This document shows positions 12,938 to 24,941 of a DNA stretch of 64,000 nucleotides, one piece after another; within the stretch, counting starts at the first letter, position 1, and each line of letters begins with the position of its first letter. The stretch spans positions 9,402 through 73,401 of the forward strand of contig CAZCTP010000004.1 in the NCBI GenBank assembly GCA_964501575.1, given 5' to 3'. Both the position numbers and the translations under genes were made by a program. Origin of the DNA: an uncultured Thermodesulfobacteriota bacterium. Lineage in GTDB: Bacteria; Desulfobacterota; CAZCTP01. The notes below the pieces were generated by a model that did no database searches, was not told the origin of the DNA, and was given only the letters and a program-made list of their open reading frames with translations.

Positions 12938-12979
12938 TTTTAGAAAATTTTTCTAAAATTTAAAGAACAATTAAAATAT

Positions 12980-13053
12980 TGGCGGTGCAGGGATTTGAAC
13001 CCCGGACACTGCGGATATGAGCCGCATGCTCTAACCAACTGAGCTACACCGCC
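12980..13053 (-). tRNA. tRNA-Met (anticodon CAT), CCA encoded
   Basis: Minus-strand sequence GGCGGTGTAGCTCAGTTGGTTAGAGCATGCGGCTCATATCCGCAGTGTCCGGGGTTCAAATCCCTGCACCGCCA folds as a cloverleaf. Anticodon loop is CTCATAT. Confidence 0.85.
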
Positions 13054-13055
13054 CT

Positions 13056-13445
13056 TTAACCCTTTTTCTTAACCTTCTTACCCTCCTTCTTTTCTGAAAT
13101 AAGTTCTAAAATAGAGACAGAACTCCCATCACCTGCTCTTCTACCTAATTTTATGATCCTTGTATACCCTCCCTGTCTATCTCGGAACCTATCGGCTATG
13201 GAACTAAATAATTTCTTTAATGCTCTCTTATCTCTTATAAATCTTGCAGCAAGCCTCCGAGAATGAAGGTCTCCTTTCTTACTATAGGTAATAATCTTCT
13301 CTGCTATACTTTTGAGTTCCTTTGCTTTAGGATCTGTAGTCCTAATCCTTTCGTGAATAAAAAGAGAAACCAACATATTCTTAAACATAGCCATTCTATG
13401 GCTTGTTGTTCTACCTAATTTACGATGAGCCTTTAAGTGACGCAT
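13056..13445 (-). CDS. rplQ: 50S ribosomal protein L17
   Basis: 129 aa, [24 protein letters not shown]... Last gene of the alpha operon. Confidence 0.95.
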   Translation of the reverse strand: MRHLKAHRKLGRTTSHRMAMFKNMLVSLFIHERIRTTDPKAKELKSIAEKIITYSKKGDLHSRRLAARFIRDKRALKKLFSSIADRFRDRQGGYTRIIKLGRRAGDGSSVSILELISEKKEGKKVKKKG

Positions 13446-14467
13446 TACTTATCTCCTTTTATTTTATCAAGTTCTTCCCTGGAAGGAAAGTTATCAAGTT
13501 TCATACCAAATGAAAGTCCCATTTCAGACAATACTTCCTTAATCTCATCCAACGATTTCTTTCCAAAGTTCTTTGTCTTAAGCATCTCAGTCTCTGTCTT
13601 TTGAACAATTTCCCCAATATATTTTATATCTGCGCTCTTTAAACAATTTGCAGCTCTTACAGAAAGTTCAAGTTCATCAACAGTCTTATATAGATATTCA
13701 TTTATTATCTCTTTTTCCTCTTTTTTAATTTCCTCTTCAAATTTTTCTGCTTCTTCTACCTTATCTTCACTAAATCCACAGAAAATATTAAGCTGTTCCT
13801 GTAAAATATTTGCTGATTCAACAATAGCCTCCTGAGGAGTCACACTACCATCTGTCCATATCTCTATGGTTAATTTATCATAATCTGTTATTCTACCAAC
13901 CCTGGCATTAGTTACTTTATATGAAACCTTCTTAATAGGCGAAAATATAGCATCTATTGGAATTGTTCCTATAGGCATATCCTCTCTCCTATTCCTATCA
14001 GATGGGGAATACCCTCTACCATGTTCTACCATCATCTCCATACGCAATTTAGCATCTTTCCCTAAGGTAACAATATGGCGATCCGGATTCAACACTTTAA
14101 CTTCATTATCAACTATAATATCCCCTGCTTTAATTTCTTTTTCTCCAGATACATCAATTATTATAATCTTTGGGTTATCGGAATAAAGTTTTAGAACAAC
14201 ACCTTTCAGGTTTAATATTATATCTGTAACATCCTCTACTACACCAGGAATTGTTGAAAATTCATGATATATTCCTTCTATTCTAACCGAGGTAATAGCA
14301 GTACCCATAATTGAAGAAAGTAAAATTCTCCTTAATGAATTACCTATTGTTATACCGAACCCTCTTTCTAAAGGCTCACAATAAAATTTACCATAGGTAC
14401 TGGTTAAAGTCTTTTTCTCTACTTCAAGTCTTTTGGGAGAGATTAAGTTCCTCCAATTTCTTACCAT
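13445..14467 (-). CDS. rpoA: DNA-directed RNA polymerase subunit alpha
   Basis: 340 aa. N-terminal dimerisation domain and alpha-CTD ([11 protein letters not shown]). Confidence 0.95.
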   Translation of the reverse strand: MVRNWRNLISPKRLEVEKKTLTSTYGKFYCEPLERGFGITIGNSLRRILLSSIMGTAITSVRIEGIYHEFSTIPGVVEDVTDIILNLKGVVLKLYSDNPKIIIIDVSGEKEIKAGDIIVDNEVKVLNPDRHIVTLGKDAKLRMEMMVEHGRGYSPSDRNRREDMPIGTIPIDAIFSPIKKVSYKVTNARVGRITDYDKLTIEIWTDGSVTPQEAIVESANILQEQLNIFCGFSEDKVEEAEKFEEEIKKEEKEIINEYLYKTVDELELSVRAANCLKSADIKYIGEIVQKTETEMLKTKNFGKKSLDEIKEVLSEMGLSFGMKLDNFPSREELDKIKGDK

Positions 14468-14482
14468 ATATCCCCTCTTTTT

Positions 14483-15109
14483 TTATTTTGAATAATATTC
14501 AACAATTAATTGTTCTTTAATAGGTGCAAGGATAGATTCTCTTGTAGGAAGAGATTTTATAATTCCTTTAAAACTATCCTTATCCAGCTCAAGCCAATCA
14601 GGTATTCCCTTCTTCTCCACAGCTTCTAGAGATTCTACTATTCTTGCAATATCTTTGCTTTTATCTTTAATAGAGATAACATCTCCAACTTTGACTAAAT
14701 ATGATGGAATATCAACTTTTCCCCCATTGACCATAAAATGTCCATGTCGTACAAATTGCCTTGCCTCATTCACAGAACAACAGAATCCCAGTTTATAGAC
14801 CACATTATCCAATCTTCTCTCAAGCAATATTAATAAGTTATCCCCGGTTATTCCCTTCTTTCTATCTGCTATCTCGAAATACTTCTTAAACTGTTTTTCT
14901 AATATACCGTACATCCTCTTAACCTTCTGTTTTTCTCTTAAATGAATTCCATAGTCAGTAAACCTAGACCTCATTAGACCATGCTGCCCTGGTGGATAGT
15001 TTCTCCTCTCAATAGCACACTTATCTGTATAACATCTTTCTCCTTTTAAATGAAGTTTAATACCTTCTCTCCTACAAAGTTTACAAACAGGCCCCCTATA
15101 TCTACCCAT
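14483..15109 (-). CDS. rpsD: 30S ribosomal protein S4
   Basis: 208 aa. [15 protein letters not shown] zinc-type N-terminus and an S4 RNA-binding domain. Confidence 0.95.
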   Translation of the reverse strand: MGRYRGPVCKLCRREGIKLHLKGERCYTDKCAIERRNYPPGQHGLMRSRFTDYGIHLREKQKVKRMYGILEKQFKKYFEIADRKKGITGDNLLILLERRLDNVVYKLGFCCSVNEARQFVRHGHFMVNGGKVDIPSYLVKVGDVISIKDKSKDIARIVESLEAVEKKGIPDWLELDKDSFKGIIKSLPTRESILAPIKEQLIVEYYSK

Positions 15110-15502
15110 TTAAACCCTCCTTCTCTTTGGAGGACGACAGCCATTATGTGGTATTGGCGTTACATCCTTTATTAGCTTTATAGCAAATCCTGAAGATTGT
15201 AATGCTCTTAAAGCAGCCTCTCTACCTCCACCTGGTCCCTTAATATATACATCAAGACTTTTAACCCCACAATCCATAGCTTTTTTGGCGACATCTTCAG
15301 CTGTCATCTGAGCTGCAAAGGGTGTCCCTTTCCTTGACCCTTTAAATCCCTGAACTCCACAACTTGACCATGCGATAACATTATCATTCATATCTGTAAT
15401 AGTAATTATCGTATTATTAAAAGTAGCCTGAATATGAGCAATAGCATGAGGGATATTCTTCTTTTCCTTTTTCCTAACTCCTTTTCTTCTCTCTCTGGCC
15501 AT
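15110..15502 (-). CDS. rpsK: 30S ribosomal protein S11
   Basis: 130 aa. [16 protein letters not shown]...GFKGSRK. Confidence 0.95.
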   Translation of the reverse strand: MARERRKGVRKKEKKNIPHAIAHIQATFNNTIITITDMNDNVIAWSSCGVQGFKGSRKGTPFAAQMTAEDVAKKAMDCGVKSLDVYIKGPGGGREAALRALQSSGFAIKLIKDVTPIPHNGCRPPKRRRV

Positions 15503-15504
15503 TC

Positions 15505-15876
15505 TTATCCTCCTCTCTTCTTACCAATCATACTTCCTCTTGGTCCCTTCCTTGTCCTAGCATTTGTATGAGTCCTCTGCCCTCTTACAGGAAGGGAACG
15601 TCTGTGTCTGAGTCCTCTATATGTTCCAATATCCATCAATCTTTTTATATTAGATGATATTTCTTTCTTCAAGTCTCCTTCCACTTTATACCTCTCAACA
15701 GCGTTCTTAATCTTCGTAATCTCTTCATCTGTAAGCTTCTCAGTCTTTTTATTAAAATCTACTCCGGTCTCCCTTAAGATAGATTGAGCAGTAGGCCTAC
15801 CTATACCAAATATATAAGTTAAAGCTACTTCAACTCTTTTATTTTTTGGTAAATCTACACCAGCTATCCTTGCCAT
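15505..15876 (-). CDS. rpsM: 30S ribosomal protein S13
   Basis: 123 aa. [26 protein letters not shown]. Confidence 0.95.
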   Translation of the reverse strand: MARIAGVDLPKNKRVEVALTYIFGIGRPTAQSILRETGVDFNKKTEKLTDEEITKIKNAVERYKVEGDLKKEISSNIKRLMDIGTYRGLRHRRSLPVRGQRTHTNARTRKGPRGSMIGKKRGG

Positions 15877-15886
15877 ATTTTATCTC

Positions 15887-16000
15887 CTATCCTTGTCTCT
15901 GTTTATGTTTTGGATTTTCACATATAACACGAAGTACTCCCTTTCTCTTTATAATCTTACACTTATCACATATCTTCTTTATTGATGCTTTAACCTTCAT
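15887..16000 (-). CDS. rpmJ: 50S ribosomal protein L36 (zinc-binding C+ form)
   Basis: Hand-translated 37 codons, [37 protein letters not shown], with a CxxC...CxxxxH zinc ribbon. Missing from the ORF track because it is under 60 aa. Confidence 0.85.
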   Translation of the reverse strand: MKVKASIKKICDKCKIIKRKGVLRVICENPKHKQRQG

Positions 16001-16008
16001 AAACTCTC

Positions 16009-16242
16009 CTATTTTCGATATATTATCCTTCCCCTGCTAAGATCATAGGGAGAAAGTTCAACTGTAACTCTATCACCAGGTAATATCTTTATATAATGCA
16101 TCCTCATTTTCCCTGATATATGTGCAAGAACTCTATGACCATTATCAAGTTCTACCCTGAACATAGCATTGGGAAGTGTTTCCACTACTTTCCCCTCTAC
16201 CTCTATAGCTTCTTCCTTAGGCATATACCTCCTTAAATTCAC
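16009..16242 (-). CDS. infA: translation initiation factor IF-1
   Basis: 77 aa S1-like OB fold ([20 protein letters not shown]). Confidence 0.9.
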   Translation of the reverse strand: MNLRRYMPKEEAIEVEGKVVETLPNAMFRVELDNGHRVLAHISGKMRMHYIKILPGDRVTVELSPYDLSRGRIIYRK

Positions 16243-16978
16243 TTAATATAATGGGGCCTTCTTCAGTAATAACAATAGTATGCTCAAAATGAGCAGAAAG
16301 ACTACCATCTCTTGTCACAGCAGTCCATCCGTTTGGCAATATAGTGACTTCACTTTTACCAACATTTATCATAGGCTCTATAGTAAAGACCATACCTACT
16401 CTTAATCTTATACCTGTACCTGGCTTCCCAAAATTTGGGATTTGAGGATCTTCATGCAAATTCTTACCGATACCATGACCCACAAAATCCTTTACAACAG
16501 AAAAGCCATTATTTTCAGCATATGACTGAATAGCATATGATATATCAAAAACTCTATTGTCTTTCTGGGCCATTTTAACACCTATATATAAAGATTCCTC
16601 TGTTATTCTAAGTAACCTTTCAGCTTCAGGTAAAACCTTTCCAACAGGAAATGTTATAGCAGCATCTCCATAATAACCATCATATATAACTCCAAAATCA
16701 AGGCTCAATATATCACCCTCTTTAAGAACTCTCTTAGATGGAAGCCCATGAACAATCTCATTATTCAAAGAAGTACACAATGAAAATGGAAAGCCTCTAT
16801 ACCCTTTAAATGCTGGTTTAACTCCTCTTTTTTTAGCCAAATCTTCCGAAATTCTATCAAGCTCCAATGTAGTAATTCCAGGAATAGCCTTTTTTTTTAC
16901 TTCATTCAATATTTCAGCAACTATCATACTACTATATTTAATCTTTCTTACCTCTTCAGGTGATTTTAAAATGATCAA
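16217..16978 (-). CDS. map: type I methionine aminopeptidase
   Basis: 253 aa. Pita-bread metal ligands (D..D..H..E..E context: [21 protein letters not shown]). Confidence 0.9.
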   Translation of the reverse strand: MIILKSPEEVRKIKYSSMIVAEILNEVKKKAIPGITTLELDRISEDLAKKRGVKPAFKGYRGFPFSLCTSLNNEIVHGLPSKRVLKEGDILSLDFGVIYDGYYGDAAITFPVGKVLPEAERLLRITEESLYIGVKMAQKDNRVFDISYAIQSYAENNGFSVVKDFVGHGIGKNLHEDPQIPNFGKPGTGIRLRVGMVFTIEPMINVGKSEVTILPNGWTAVTRDGSLSAHFEHTIVITEEGPIILSEFKEVYA

Positions 16979-17616
16979 CTTATAGCCTCTACAATCTCTT
17001 TATGTATCTGCTCAATCCCTCCTATTCCAGAAATAGTCTTTAATATCCCCCTATCTTTATAATAACTTACCAAAGAGGATGTTTCTTCATTATATACATC
17101 TAATCTTACTTTTACCGTATCCTCTCTATCATCCTCCCTCTGATATAGCTCTCCACCACACTTATTACATATCCCATCATTAACAGGAGGATTATATATA
17201 ATATGGTATCCCTCTCCACAATTTCTACAGACCCTTCTTCCAGAAAGCCTTTTTATTATCTCTTTTTCATCTACTTCTATATACAACACATAATCTATAT
17301 TCAAATTTACCTCGGCAAGGTAGCTATCAAGAACCTCACCTTGATAAAGATTTCTGGGAAACCCATCAAGTATAAAACCATTTTTGCAATCCTTCTCTGC
17401 TATCCTTTCCTTAACTATTTCTACAATTATATCATCTGGAACTAGAGCCCCTTTTTTCATATATTCTTTAGCTTTAATACCAAGGGGAGTTTTATTTTTC
17501 ACTGCATCTCTCAACATATCTCCGGTAGATATATGAGGTATCTCATACTTATTACATAATAATTTAGCCTGTGTCCCTTTCCCTGACCCTGGAGGACCTA
17601 AAAATATTATATTCAT
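16975..17616 (-). CDS. adk: adenylate kinase (zinc-finger lid)
   Basis: 213 aa. P-loop GPPGSGKGTQ. Lid has CRNCG...CNKCGG. Confidence 0.95.
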   Translation of the reverse strand: MNIIFLGPPGSGKGTQAKLLCNKYEIPHISTGDMLRDAVKNKTPLGIKAKEYMKKGALVPDDIIVEIVKERIAEKDCKNGFILDGFPRNLYQGEVLDSYLAEVNLNIDYVLYIEVDEKEIIKRLSGRRVCRNCGEGYHIIYNPPVNDGICNKCGGELYQREDDREDTVKVRLDVYNEETSSLVSYYKDRGILKTISGIGGIEQIHKEIVEAIS

Positions 17617-17619
17617 TTA

Positions 17620-18936
17620 TTATCTCCTTCTCCCTCTGAATCTTGTACCCTTTGGACCTAAAAATCCATCATAATGCCTCATAACGAGGTGAGATTCAAT
17701 TTGCGCTATAGTATCTAATGCCACTCCAACAACAATAAGAAGTGATGTACCACCAAAATAGAATGGAACATTGAATCGAGTTATTAGAATTGATGGAAGA
17801 ACACATATAGCTGATACATATATTGCTCCACCAAAGGTTATTCTTACCAGAATCCTATCTATATATTCAGCTGTCCTCTTACCTGGTCTTATTCCCGGAA
17901 TAAAACCACCAAATTTTTTCAAATTATCCGCTATATCCATAGGATTAAAGATAATTGCTGTGTAAAAATAACAAAAGAAAAATATTAATGCTATATATAA
18001 TAACTCATAAATGGTTTTTCCAGGAGTTAAATTTAATGCTATATATTTCATCCATTTATTTTCGACAAAGTTGGCTATAGTAGCTGGAAACATTATAAGA
18101 GAAGATGCAAATATTGGAGGAATAACTCCAGATGTATTCATCTTCAATGGCAAATGGGTACTCTGACCCCCGTATACCCTTCTCCCTACAACCCTTTTGG
18201 GATATTGTATAGGGACCTTTCTCTGACCTCTCTCTGCAAATATTATAACTCCAACTACACCTACCATAAGTACAACCAATAATAGCACTCTAAATATACT
18301 TAATTCCCCACTTCTAAACAACCTTACGGTATTTATAATAGCATTTGGCATTCTTACTAAAATCCCTGCAAATATTATTAAAGATATACCGTTACCTATA
18401 CCTCTTTCTGTTATCTGCTCCCCAATCCACATTATAAAAGCAGTTCCTGCAGATAATGTAATCATTGTCATTAATCTAAATGACCACCCAGGATTAGCAA
18501 CAATGATTGCTCCTCCAGGAGCAGTCATATTTTCAAGCCCTATACTTATCATAAAACCCTGAAACATACTTAATAGTATAGTTGCATACCTTGTATACTG
18601 AGTAATTTTTCTTCTACCTACCTCTCCTTCCTTGGATAACTTATCTAACTGCGGTATAACCGCTGTTAAAAGTTGGAAGATAATTGAAGCACTGATATAA
18701 GGCATAATTCCTAAGGCAAACACTGTAAGCCTTTCTAAAGCACCACCAGAAAACATATCAAATAATCCTAAAAGCGTCCCTCTCGCTTGAGCAAAAAAAG
18801 ATGCTAATGCATCAGAGTTTATACCTGGAGTAGGAATATGAGCACCTATACGATACACTATAAGCATAAAGAATGTAAATGCCAATCTCTTTTTAAGTTC
18901 TGGTATCTTACCTATATTGGGAAAAGAAGAATTCAT
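17620..18936 (-). CDS. secY: preprotein translocase subunit SecY
   Basis: 438 aa, 10 TM helices, SecY signature. Confidence 0.95.
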   Translation of the reverse strand: MNSSFPNIGKIPELKKRLAFTFFMLIVYRIGAHIPTPGINSDALASFFAQARGTLLGLFDMFSGGALERLTVFALGIMPYISASIIFQLLTAVIPQLDKLSKEGEVGRRKITQYTRYATILLSMFQGFMISIGLENMTAPGGAIIVANPGWSFRLMTMITLSAGTAFIMWIGEQITERGIGNGISLIIFAGILVRMPNAIINTVRLFRSGELSIFRVLLLVVLMVGVVGVIIFAERGQRKVPIQYPKRVVGRRVYGGQSTHLPLKMNTSGVIPPIFASSLIMFPATIANFVENKWMKYIALNLTPGKTIYELLYIALIFFFCYFYTAIIFNPMDIADNLKKFGGFIPGIRPGKRTAEYIDRILVRITFGGAIYVSAICVLPSILITRFNVPFYFGGTSLLIVVGVALDTIAQIESHLVMRHYDGFLGPKGTRFRGRRR

Positions 18937-19373
18937 ACTATTTCCACTCTTCCTCCTGCTTTCTCTATCTTTTCCTTTGCTCCTTTACTCACCTTATTGG
19001 CCTTTACTATAATAGGAATATTTATATCTCCTCTACCTAAGATCTTAATACCATCGTATGTATTTTTAATAATTCCTATATCAAGTAGAGAACTCGAGTC
19101 TATTAGAAGATTAGGCTCAAATCTATTCAAACTACCAACATTCACAATAGCATATCTCTTCTTAAAGGGATTTCTAAACCCTCTTTTGGGAACCCTTCTA
19201 AGCAAAGGCATCTGTCCACCTTCAAAGCCAGGAGAAACTTTACTCCCTGACCTTGATTTATAACCTTTGGTTCCACGACAGGCTGTCTTTCCATGACCGG
19301 ATCCAGGCCCTCTTCCAAGCCTCTTTCTCCCTTTTTTACAATTAGTTATATTTCTCAACTCACTAAGATTCAT
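18933..19373 (-). CDS. rplO: 50S ribosomal protein L15
   Basis: 146 aa. [11 protein letters not shown]. Confidence 0.95.
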   Translation of the reverse strand: MNLSELRNITNCKKGRKRLGRGPGSGHGKTACRGTKGYKSRSGSKVSPGFEGGQMPLLRRVPKRGFRNPFKKRYAIVNVGSLNRFEPNLLIDSSSLLDIGIIKNTYDGIKILGRGDINIPIIVKANKVSKGAKEKIEKAGGRVEIV

Positions 19374-19548
19374 ATTCTACCTCTATTAAATGGGATACTT
19401 TATTAATCATTCCTCTAATAGATTGAGTATCTTTAAGATAAACTGTTTTATTCAATTTAGTCAGCCCCAAGCACCTCAAAGTATCACGTTGCCTCTTAGG
19501 TCTCCCAATCTTACTCTTTTTAAGTGTAACTTTAATCGTCCTATCCAT
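19363..19548 (-). CDS. rpmD: 50S ribosomal protein L30
   Basis: 61 aa. IKVTLKKS..G...Q..TL.ALGL. Confidence 0.9.
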   Translation of the reverse strand: MDRTIKVTLKKSKIGRPKRQRDTLRCLGLTKLNKTVYLKDTQSIRGMINKVSHLIEVEYES

Positions 19549-19549
19549 T

Positions 19550-20041
19550 TTATTCCTTTCTACCTTCTCCTTCCTCTAAAATCTTATCGCTTAAACTCTT
19601 TAGCCCTTTTAACCCCTCCAAGGTAGCTTTAACTAAATTATGTGGATTATTTGAACCTAAAGATTTAGTAAGTATATCACTTACACCCGCCATTTCTACA
19701 ACAGCTCTTACTGCTCCACCAGCTATAACACCTGTCCCTTTTGAAGCAGGTTTCAGTATTACATATGATGCTCCATATTCTCCAATAACTTCGTGGGGTA
19801 TTGAATTACCGGTAATAGGAACCTTTATCAGCTTCTTCTTTGCCTCTTCAATTCCTTTCCTTATAGCCTCTGATACTTCATTAGCTTTACCTAATCCAGC
19901 ACCAACATAACCTTCACCATTGCCCACGACTACTAAAGCACTAAATCTAAATCTCCTGCCTCCTTTAACAACCTTAGCAACTCTATTTATATAAACAACC
20001 TTCTCCTTAAGATCTAATTCTGTTGGATCTATCCTACTCAA
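19550..20041 (-). CDS. rpsE: 30S ribosomal protein S5
   Basis: 163 aa. [19 protein letters not shown]. Confidence 0.95.
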   Translation of the reverse strand: MSRIDPTELDLKEKVVYINRVAKVVKGGRRFRFSALVVVGNGEGYVGAGLGKANEVSEAIRKGIEEAKKKLIKVPITGNSIPHEVIGEYGASYVILKPASKGTGVIAGGAVRAVVEMAGVSDILTKSLGSNNPHNLVKATLEGLKGLKSLSDKILEEGEGRKE

Positions 20042-20051
20042 TATAAACCTC

Positions 20052-20411
20052 CTAAAATTCTAGTCCATTCTCTCTAGCAGAATCAGCTAATTCCCTTATT
20101 CTTCCATGATACAAAAAACCATTTCTATCAAACACTACCTTCTTAATTCCTATTTCAACAGACTTCTTGGCAATAAGCTCTCCCACTTTCCTTGCAGCAT
20201 CTTTCTTACCCAAAGAATCTAAAGAATTTCTTAATTCTTTACTTAATGTTGAAACCTGAATCAATGTAGAACCTGTATTATCATTTATAATTTGGGCATA
20301 TATATGTTTTGCGCTTCTAAATACACATAATCTCGGCCTTTCATCGGTACCTTTAACTTTCTTTCTAATGCTTTTTTTTCTTCTTAATCTTGTCAATCTT
20401 TTATAATCCAT
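20052..20411 (-). CDS. rplR: 50S ribosomal protein L18
   Basis: 119 aa. [17 protein letters not shown]-like. Confidence 0.95.
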   Translation of the reverse strand: MDYKRLTRLRRKKSIRKKVKGTDERPRLCVFRSAKHIYAQIINDNTGSTLIQVSTLSKELRNSLDSLGKKDAARKVGELIAKKSVEIGIKKVVFDRNGFLYHGRIRELADSARENGLEF

Positions 20412-20419
20412 ATCAACTC

Positions 20420-20983
20420 CTATTTAACTACTGTCTTCCCAACTTTTAGTTTAATAACTTCATCACTATATCTTATCCCCTTCCCTTTATAAGAATCAGG
20501 GAGCTTAATTCCTCTAAGCTTAGCAGCAATATCACCAACAAGTTCCTTATCCATTCCCTTCAATTTTATGATTGTCTGTTTCTCAACTTCACATTTTATT
20601 CCCTTAGGAATATCAAATAATACCTGGTGAGAAAATCCTAAATTCAATTTAAGCTTATTATCGCTCAACTCAGCCCTATATCCCACTCCCACAATCTCTA
20701 ATGTCTTCTCAAACCCCTTACTAACTCCTGCAACCATATTATTAATCAAACTCCTATAAAGTCCATGAAGAGCCCTTAGCTTTCTGCTATCATTCTCTCT
20801 CTTAACATACATAACTTTACCCTCTTCATCTATATCTATATATATACCTTTAGTAATTTCTCTCTTTAAACTACCATTAGGACCTTCAACATATAAAACA
20901 GGGGCTTCCGATTTAACCTTTACACCATCTGGAATTAAAATAGGTAACTTTCCAATTCTTGACAATTTTATCCTCCTTACCAA
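20420..20983 (-). CDS. rplF: 50S ribosomal protein L6
   Basis: 187 aa. [13 protein letters not shown]. Confidence 0.95.
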   Translation of the reverse strand: MVRRIKLSRIGKLPILIPDGVKVKSEAPVLYVEGPNGSLKREITKGIYIDIDEEGKVMYVKRENDSRKLRALHGLYRSLINNMVAGVSKGFEKTLEIVGVGYRAELSDNKLKLNLGFSHQVLFDIPKGIKCEVEKQTIIKLKGMDKELVGDIAAKLRGIKLPDSYKGKGIRYSDEVIKLKVGKTVVK

Positions 20984-21387
20984 ATTGAACAGATTAACTC
21001 TCCACCAACCTTTAATCTTCTTGCTACTTTATCAGTAATAATGCCTTTAGGGGTAGACAATATAGTTATTCCAAATCCATTTAATATTAAAGGTATCTTA
21101 TCACTCTTAACATATTTCCTCAAACTCGGCTTGCTCAACCTCCTTATCTCTTTTATAACTGGTTCTCTATTATCATCATATTTTAAGTATATTATCAATA
21201 TACCCTGCTTACCATCGTTCATAACCTTAAAATTCTTTATATACCCCTCCTCTTTAAGAATCCTTGCAATACTCACCTTAATCTTAGATGAAGGAATATC
21301 AACTTTTTCTGCCTTTGTCTTGAGTGCATTTCTAATTCTTGTAAGCATATCTGCAATAGGATCTGTCATCGCCATATCAAACCTCAC
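20977..21387 (-). CDS. rpsH: 30S ribosomal protein S8
   Basis: 136-aa ORF. The canonical S8 N-terminus [15 protein letters not shown] begins 6 codons in, so the true start may be at 21369. The long form makes an ATGA overlap with rpsZ. Confidence 0.9.
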   Translation of the reverse strand: MRFDMAMTDPIADMLTRIRNALKTKAEKVDIPSSKIKVSIARILKEEGYIKNFKVMNDGKQGILIIYLKYDDNREPVIKEIRRLSKPSLRKYVKSDKIPLILNGFGITILSTPKGIITDKVARRLKVGGELICSIW

Positions 21388-21569
21388 CAGCTAGATTTAA
21401 TAACACCTGGAAGATCTCCCCTTAAAGCATGGACCCTAAAACATATTCTACACATACCAAACTTTCTGTAGTAAGCTCTTGCCCTCCCGCATAAAGGACA
21501 ACGATTATACTTCCTTACTTTAAATTTTGGTTCTCTTTTAGCCTTTATCATTAGTGCCTTTCTTGCCAA
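21384..21569 (-). CDS. rpsZ: 30S ribosomal protein S14 type Z (zinc-binding)
   Basis: 61 aa. [22 protein letters not shown]. Confidence 0.95.
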   Translation of the reverse strand: MARKALMIKAKREPKFKVRKYNRCPLCGRARAYYRKFGMCRICFRVHALRGDLPGVIKSSW

Positions 21570-21580
21570 ATTCTCCTCCT

Positions 21581-22120
21581 TTATCTTCTAAATGGCATCC
21601 CTAATCTTGAAAGCAACGCTTTCCCTTCTTCATTACTCTTAGAAGTTGTTACAATTGTTACATTCATCCCTTTAACTCTATCTACCTTATCATAGTCAAC
21701 TTCGGGAAATATTATTTGCTCTCTTATACCTATAGTAAAATTTCCATTACCATCAAAACTACTTTCAGAAACTCCTTTAAAATCTCTAATTCTTGGTAGA
21801 GCAACATTAACTAATCTATCATAAAATTCATACATTCTATTACCTCTTAAGGTTACCATACATCCTATTGGCATACCCTTACGTACCTTAAAAGAAGCTA
21901 TAGACCTTTTAGCCCTGGTAACAACTGGCCTTTGTCCAGTTATCATTGATAACTGATAAACAGCGGAATCTATAAGCTTTATATTATTGATAGCCTCTCC
22001 TAAACCCATATTTAAAACTATCTTAACTAACTTGGGGACCTCCATAATATTCTTATATCCAAACTCTTTCATCAGTGCAGGAATAACCTCTTTATGATAT
22101 AACTCCTTTAACCTACTCAT
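21581..22120 (-). CDS. rplE: 50S ribosomal protein L5
   Basis: 179 aa. Confidence 0.95.
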   Translation of the reverse strand: MSRLKELYHKEVIPALMKEFGYKNIMEVPKLVKIVLNMGLGEAINNIKLIDSAVYQLSMITGQRPVVTRAKRSIASFKVRKGMPIGCMVTLRGNRMYEFYDRLVNVALPRIRDFKGVSESSFDGNGNFTIGIREQIIFPEVDYDKVDRVKGMNVTIVTTSKSNEEGKALLSRLGMPFRR

Positions 22121-22441
22121 CTAAATCTCCTTATCCAATATCTCATTACACTTCTTACAATACCGCACTTTCATACCATTATCCAATACCTTTCTCCCAA
22201 TTCTAACCCCATTATTACAACTATTACATAACAGGAGAAGATTTGATATATGAATAGGAGCCTCTCTTTCAATTATACCTCCTTGCGGATTATTAGTATT
22301 TGGGCGTACATGCTTCTTAATAATATTAACCTTTTCAACAACAGCTCTATTCTCCTTGGGAATAACTCTTAATACCTTACCGGTTTTCCCCTTTTCTTTG
22401 CCAGCAATAACCATTACTATATCGTCTCTCTTTATATGCAT
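22121..22441 (-). CDS. rplX: 50S ribosomal protein L24 with C-terminal CxxC...CxxC motif
   Basis: 106 aa. KOW motif IKRDDIVMVIAGKEKGKTGKV. The C-terminal 35 aa contain CNSC...CKKC. Confidence 0.9.
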   Translation of the reverse strand: MHIKRDDIVMVIAGKEKGKTGKVLRVIPKENRAVVEKVNIIKKHVRPNTNNPQGGIIEREAPIHISNLLLLCNSCNNGVRIGRKVLDNGMKVRYCKKCNEILDKEI

Positions 22442-22810
22442 TTATAATACCTCTGGTGCCAATGATATAATTTTTGTAAATTTCTTAGCTCTAAGCTCTC
22501 TTGCAACAGGACCAAATATCCTCGTACCTATAGGCTCTCCCTGGGAATTAATAAGAACAGCAGCATTATTATCAAATCTAATATATGAACCATCAGGCCT
22601 ACTTATTTCCTTCTTTGTTCGAACAATAACAGCTCTATAAATATCTCCTTTTTTAACCTTTGTATTTGGTATAGCTTCTTTTACAGATACAACTATTATA
22701 TCACCCACTGTAGCGTACTTCCTCTTCGTACCTCCCAATACCTTAATGCAAAAGAGCCTCTTTGCTCCTGAATTATCTGCAGATTGAAGCATTGTCTGTG
22801 TCTGAATCAT
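22442..22810 (-). CDS. rplN: 50S ribosomal protein L14
   Basis: 122 aa. [17 protein letters not shown]. Confidence 0.95.
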   Translation of the reverse strand: MIQTQTMLQSADNSGAKRLFCIKVLGGTKRKYATVGDIIVVSVKEAIPNTKVKKGDIYRAVIVRTKKEISRPDGSYIRFDNNAAVLINSQGEPIGTRIFGPVARELRAKKFTKIISLAPEVL

Positions 22811-23064
22811 ATATACTGCGTTCCTTTCCTTATTATTCCTTTAACAACCCACCTTTTTTCTTTACTTAATGGTCTTGATTCCATTATTAATACTTCGTCA
22901 CCAACTCTACATTCATTCCTCTCATCGTGAGCCTTAAATTTAGACCTCTTTCTAATATATTTCTTATACCTTGGATGCTTTACAATCCTTTTAACACTAA
23001 CAACCACAGTCTTATCCATTTTATCACTTATAACAACTCCATTCATAAACCTTCTTGGACTCAT
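22807..23064 (-). CDS. rpsQ: 30S ribosomal protein S17
   Basis: 85 aa. [17 protein letters not shown]...HP.YKK. Confidence 0.95.
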   Translation of the reverse strand: MSPRRFMNGVVISDKMDKTVVVSVKRIVKHPRYKKYIRKRSKFKAHDERNECRVGDEVLIMESRPLSKEKRWVVKGIIRKGTQYI

Positions 23065-23258
23065 TTTATCCCCTTCTCTTTTTCTTTAATAATTGTTCTA
23101 ATTCTCGCTATATCTTTTTTAATATTCCTGATCATCATAACATTTCTAACCTGTCCAAGAGAATGCTGAAACTTCAAATTAAATAATTCCTGCCTAAGCT
23201 CTTCTTCTCTTATCTTTAATTCATCATCACTAAACTCTCTTAATTCTTTAGCCTTCAT
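23061..23258 (-). CDS. rpmC: 50S ribosomal protein L29
   Basis: 65 aa. [27 protein letters not shown]. Confidence 0.9.
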   Translation of the reverse strand: MKAKELREFSDDELKIREEELRQELFNLKFQHSLGQVRNVMMIRNIKKDIARIRTIIKEKEKGIK

Positions 23259-23670
23259 GTAATCCCTCTCTTACAATAAATCTTGTAGATATAGGAAGTT
23301 TATGAGATGCCAATCTGAAAGCTTCCTTTGCAGTCGAAAGATTAATTCCCTCTACTTCACATAGTATTCTACCTGGCTTAACAACAGCTACCCACCCTTC
23401 AAGAGCTCCTTTACCTTTGCCCATTCTTGTTTCAGCAGGCTTAGAAGTTATAGGCTTATCAGGAAATATTCTTATCCATACCTTACCACCTCTTTTTATA
23501 AACCTAGTTATAGCAACTCTAGCTGCCTCTATCTGACGTGCTGTAATCCATCCACATTCAGTAGCCTGTAAACCAAAATCTCCAAAATTTAGATTACAAC
23601 CCCTTAAAGCTATCCCTTTCATTCTACCTCTCTGCTGTTTTCTATATTTTACCTTTTTGGGAGAAAGCAT
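23248..23670 (-). CDS. rplP: 50S ribosomal protein L16
   Basis: 140 aa. [16 protein letters not shown]. Confidence 0.95.
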   Translation of the reverse strand: MLSPKKVKYRKQQRGRMKGIALRGCNLNFGDFGLQATECGWITARQIEAARVAITRFIKRGGKVWIRIFPDKPITSKPAETRMGKGKGALEGWVAVVKPGRILCEVEGINLSTAKEAFRLASHKLPISTRFIVREGLHEG

Positions 23671-24314
23671 TAATCCCTCCTCATATCAAGAATTTCCTTC
23701 TTAAAAACCCATACCTTAACGCCTATTATTCCATAGGTTGTCTTTGACTCAGCAAATCCATAATCTATATCCGCTCTCAATGTCTGTAAAGGTATCCTAC
23801 CCTCTTTATACCATTCTGTTCTTGCAATTTCAGCCCCAGCGAGCCTACCAGCACATGCAATCTTAATACCTTTAGCACCAAATTTAAGAGCTGATAGAAT
23901 ACTCTTTTTCATAGCTCTCCTATGTGATATTCTTCTCTCTAACTGGAGTGCAATATTTTCAGCAATAAGCTGGGCATCACATTCTGGCTTCCTAACCTCT
24001 TGAATATGAATATCAATTAAAGAGTCTTCATCTATAATTTTATTAAGGTCCTTTTTAAGATTTTCTATCTCTACCCCTTTTTTACCTATAATAATACCTG
24101 GCCTGGATGTATATATTATAACCTTAACCTTATTCCCGCTTCTCTCAATATCTACTTTTGAAATACCAGCATGATAAAACCCTTTTTTTATGAAATCCCT
24201 TATCTTCAAATCCTCATGAATAAACTTCACATAATCTTTCTCAGAATACCATCTTGAATTCCATGTTTTTAATCCCCCTAATCTGAAACCTACTGGATGA
24301 ACCTTTTGCCCCAC
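23670..24314 (-). CDS. rpsC: 30S ribosomal protein S3
   Basis: 214 aa. [15 protein letters not shown] domain. Confidence 0.95.
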   Translation of the reverse strand: MGQKVHPVGFRLGGLKTWNSRWYSEKDYVKFIHEDLKIRDFIKKGFYHAGISKVDIERSGNKVKVIIYTSRPGIIIGKKGVEIENLKKDLNKIIDEDSLIDIHIQEVRKPECDAQLIAENIALQLERRISHRRAMKKSILSALKFGAKGIKIACAGRLAGAEIARTEWYKEGRIPLQTLRADIDYGFAESKTTYGIIGVKVWVFKKEILDMRRD

Positions 24315-24315
24315 T

Positions 24316-24648
24316 TTAACTCTCCTCCAGAATCATTGTTATATGACTCATTCTTTTTTTATAAGGTTTAACTCTCCCCATAGGACCTGCATGATATCTT
24401 TTCAATGAAGGTCCTTGATTTACAAATACACTTTTTACATATAAAGTATCTACATCTATCTTCTCACTCTCCTGAGCATTCGCGACAGCGGACTCTAAAA
24501 CCGCTTTAAATATTTTTGAAGACTTCTTCGGCAGAATATTTAAAATATTCATTGCCTCTCCAACACTTTTACCCCGGATCAGATTTGCCACCAAACCAAA
24601 CTTTCTATGGGATCCTCTAACATATCTTGCAATAGCTCTTGCCTCCAT
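24316..24648 (-). CDS. rplV: 50S ribosomal protein L22
   Basis: 110 aa. Confidence 0.95.
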   Translation of the reverse strand: MEARAIARYVRGSHRKFGLVANLIRGKSVGEAMNILNILPKKSSKIFKAVLESAVANAQESEKIDVDTLYVKSVFVNQGPSLKRYHAGPMGRVKPYKKRMSHITMILEES

Positions 24649-24650
24649 TT

Positions 24651-24941
24651 CTAACCTCTTTTAACATCCTTAGATTTCCTATCTCCTGAATGGGCATAAA
24701 ATGTCCGGGTTGGAGAAAACTCCCCTAATTTATGACCCACCATATTCTCAGTTATAAACACAGGAATAAATTTCTTTCCATTATGAACAGCTATTGTAAG
24801 ACCAATCATCTCTGGAATAATTGTAGATCTTCTAGACCATGTTTTTATCACCTTTTGACCACCCTCCTCCTTTGCTGCTCTTACCTTTTTAAGCAGGCTC
24901 TCATCCACAAATGGACCTTTCTTAAGAGATCTTACCATCAC
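24651..24941 (-). CDS. rpsS: 30S ribosomal protein S19
   Basis: 96 aa. [16 protein letters not shown]...GHKLGEF.PTRTF. Confidence 0.95.
   Translation of the reverse strand: MMVRSLKKGPFVDESLLKKVRAAKEEGGQKVIKTWSRRSTIIPEMIGLTIAVHNGKKFIPVFITENMVGHKLGEFSPTRTFYAHSGDRKSKDVKRG

Noticed and set aside
12938-12979. AT-only palindrome TTAGAAAATTTTTCTAA between tRNA-Met and the SPOR gene, considered as a terminator
   Set aside because: Pure A/T stem with negligible stability. More likely a promoter or UP-element region for the downstream gene.
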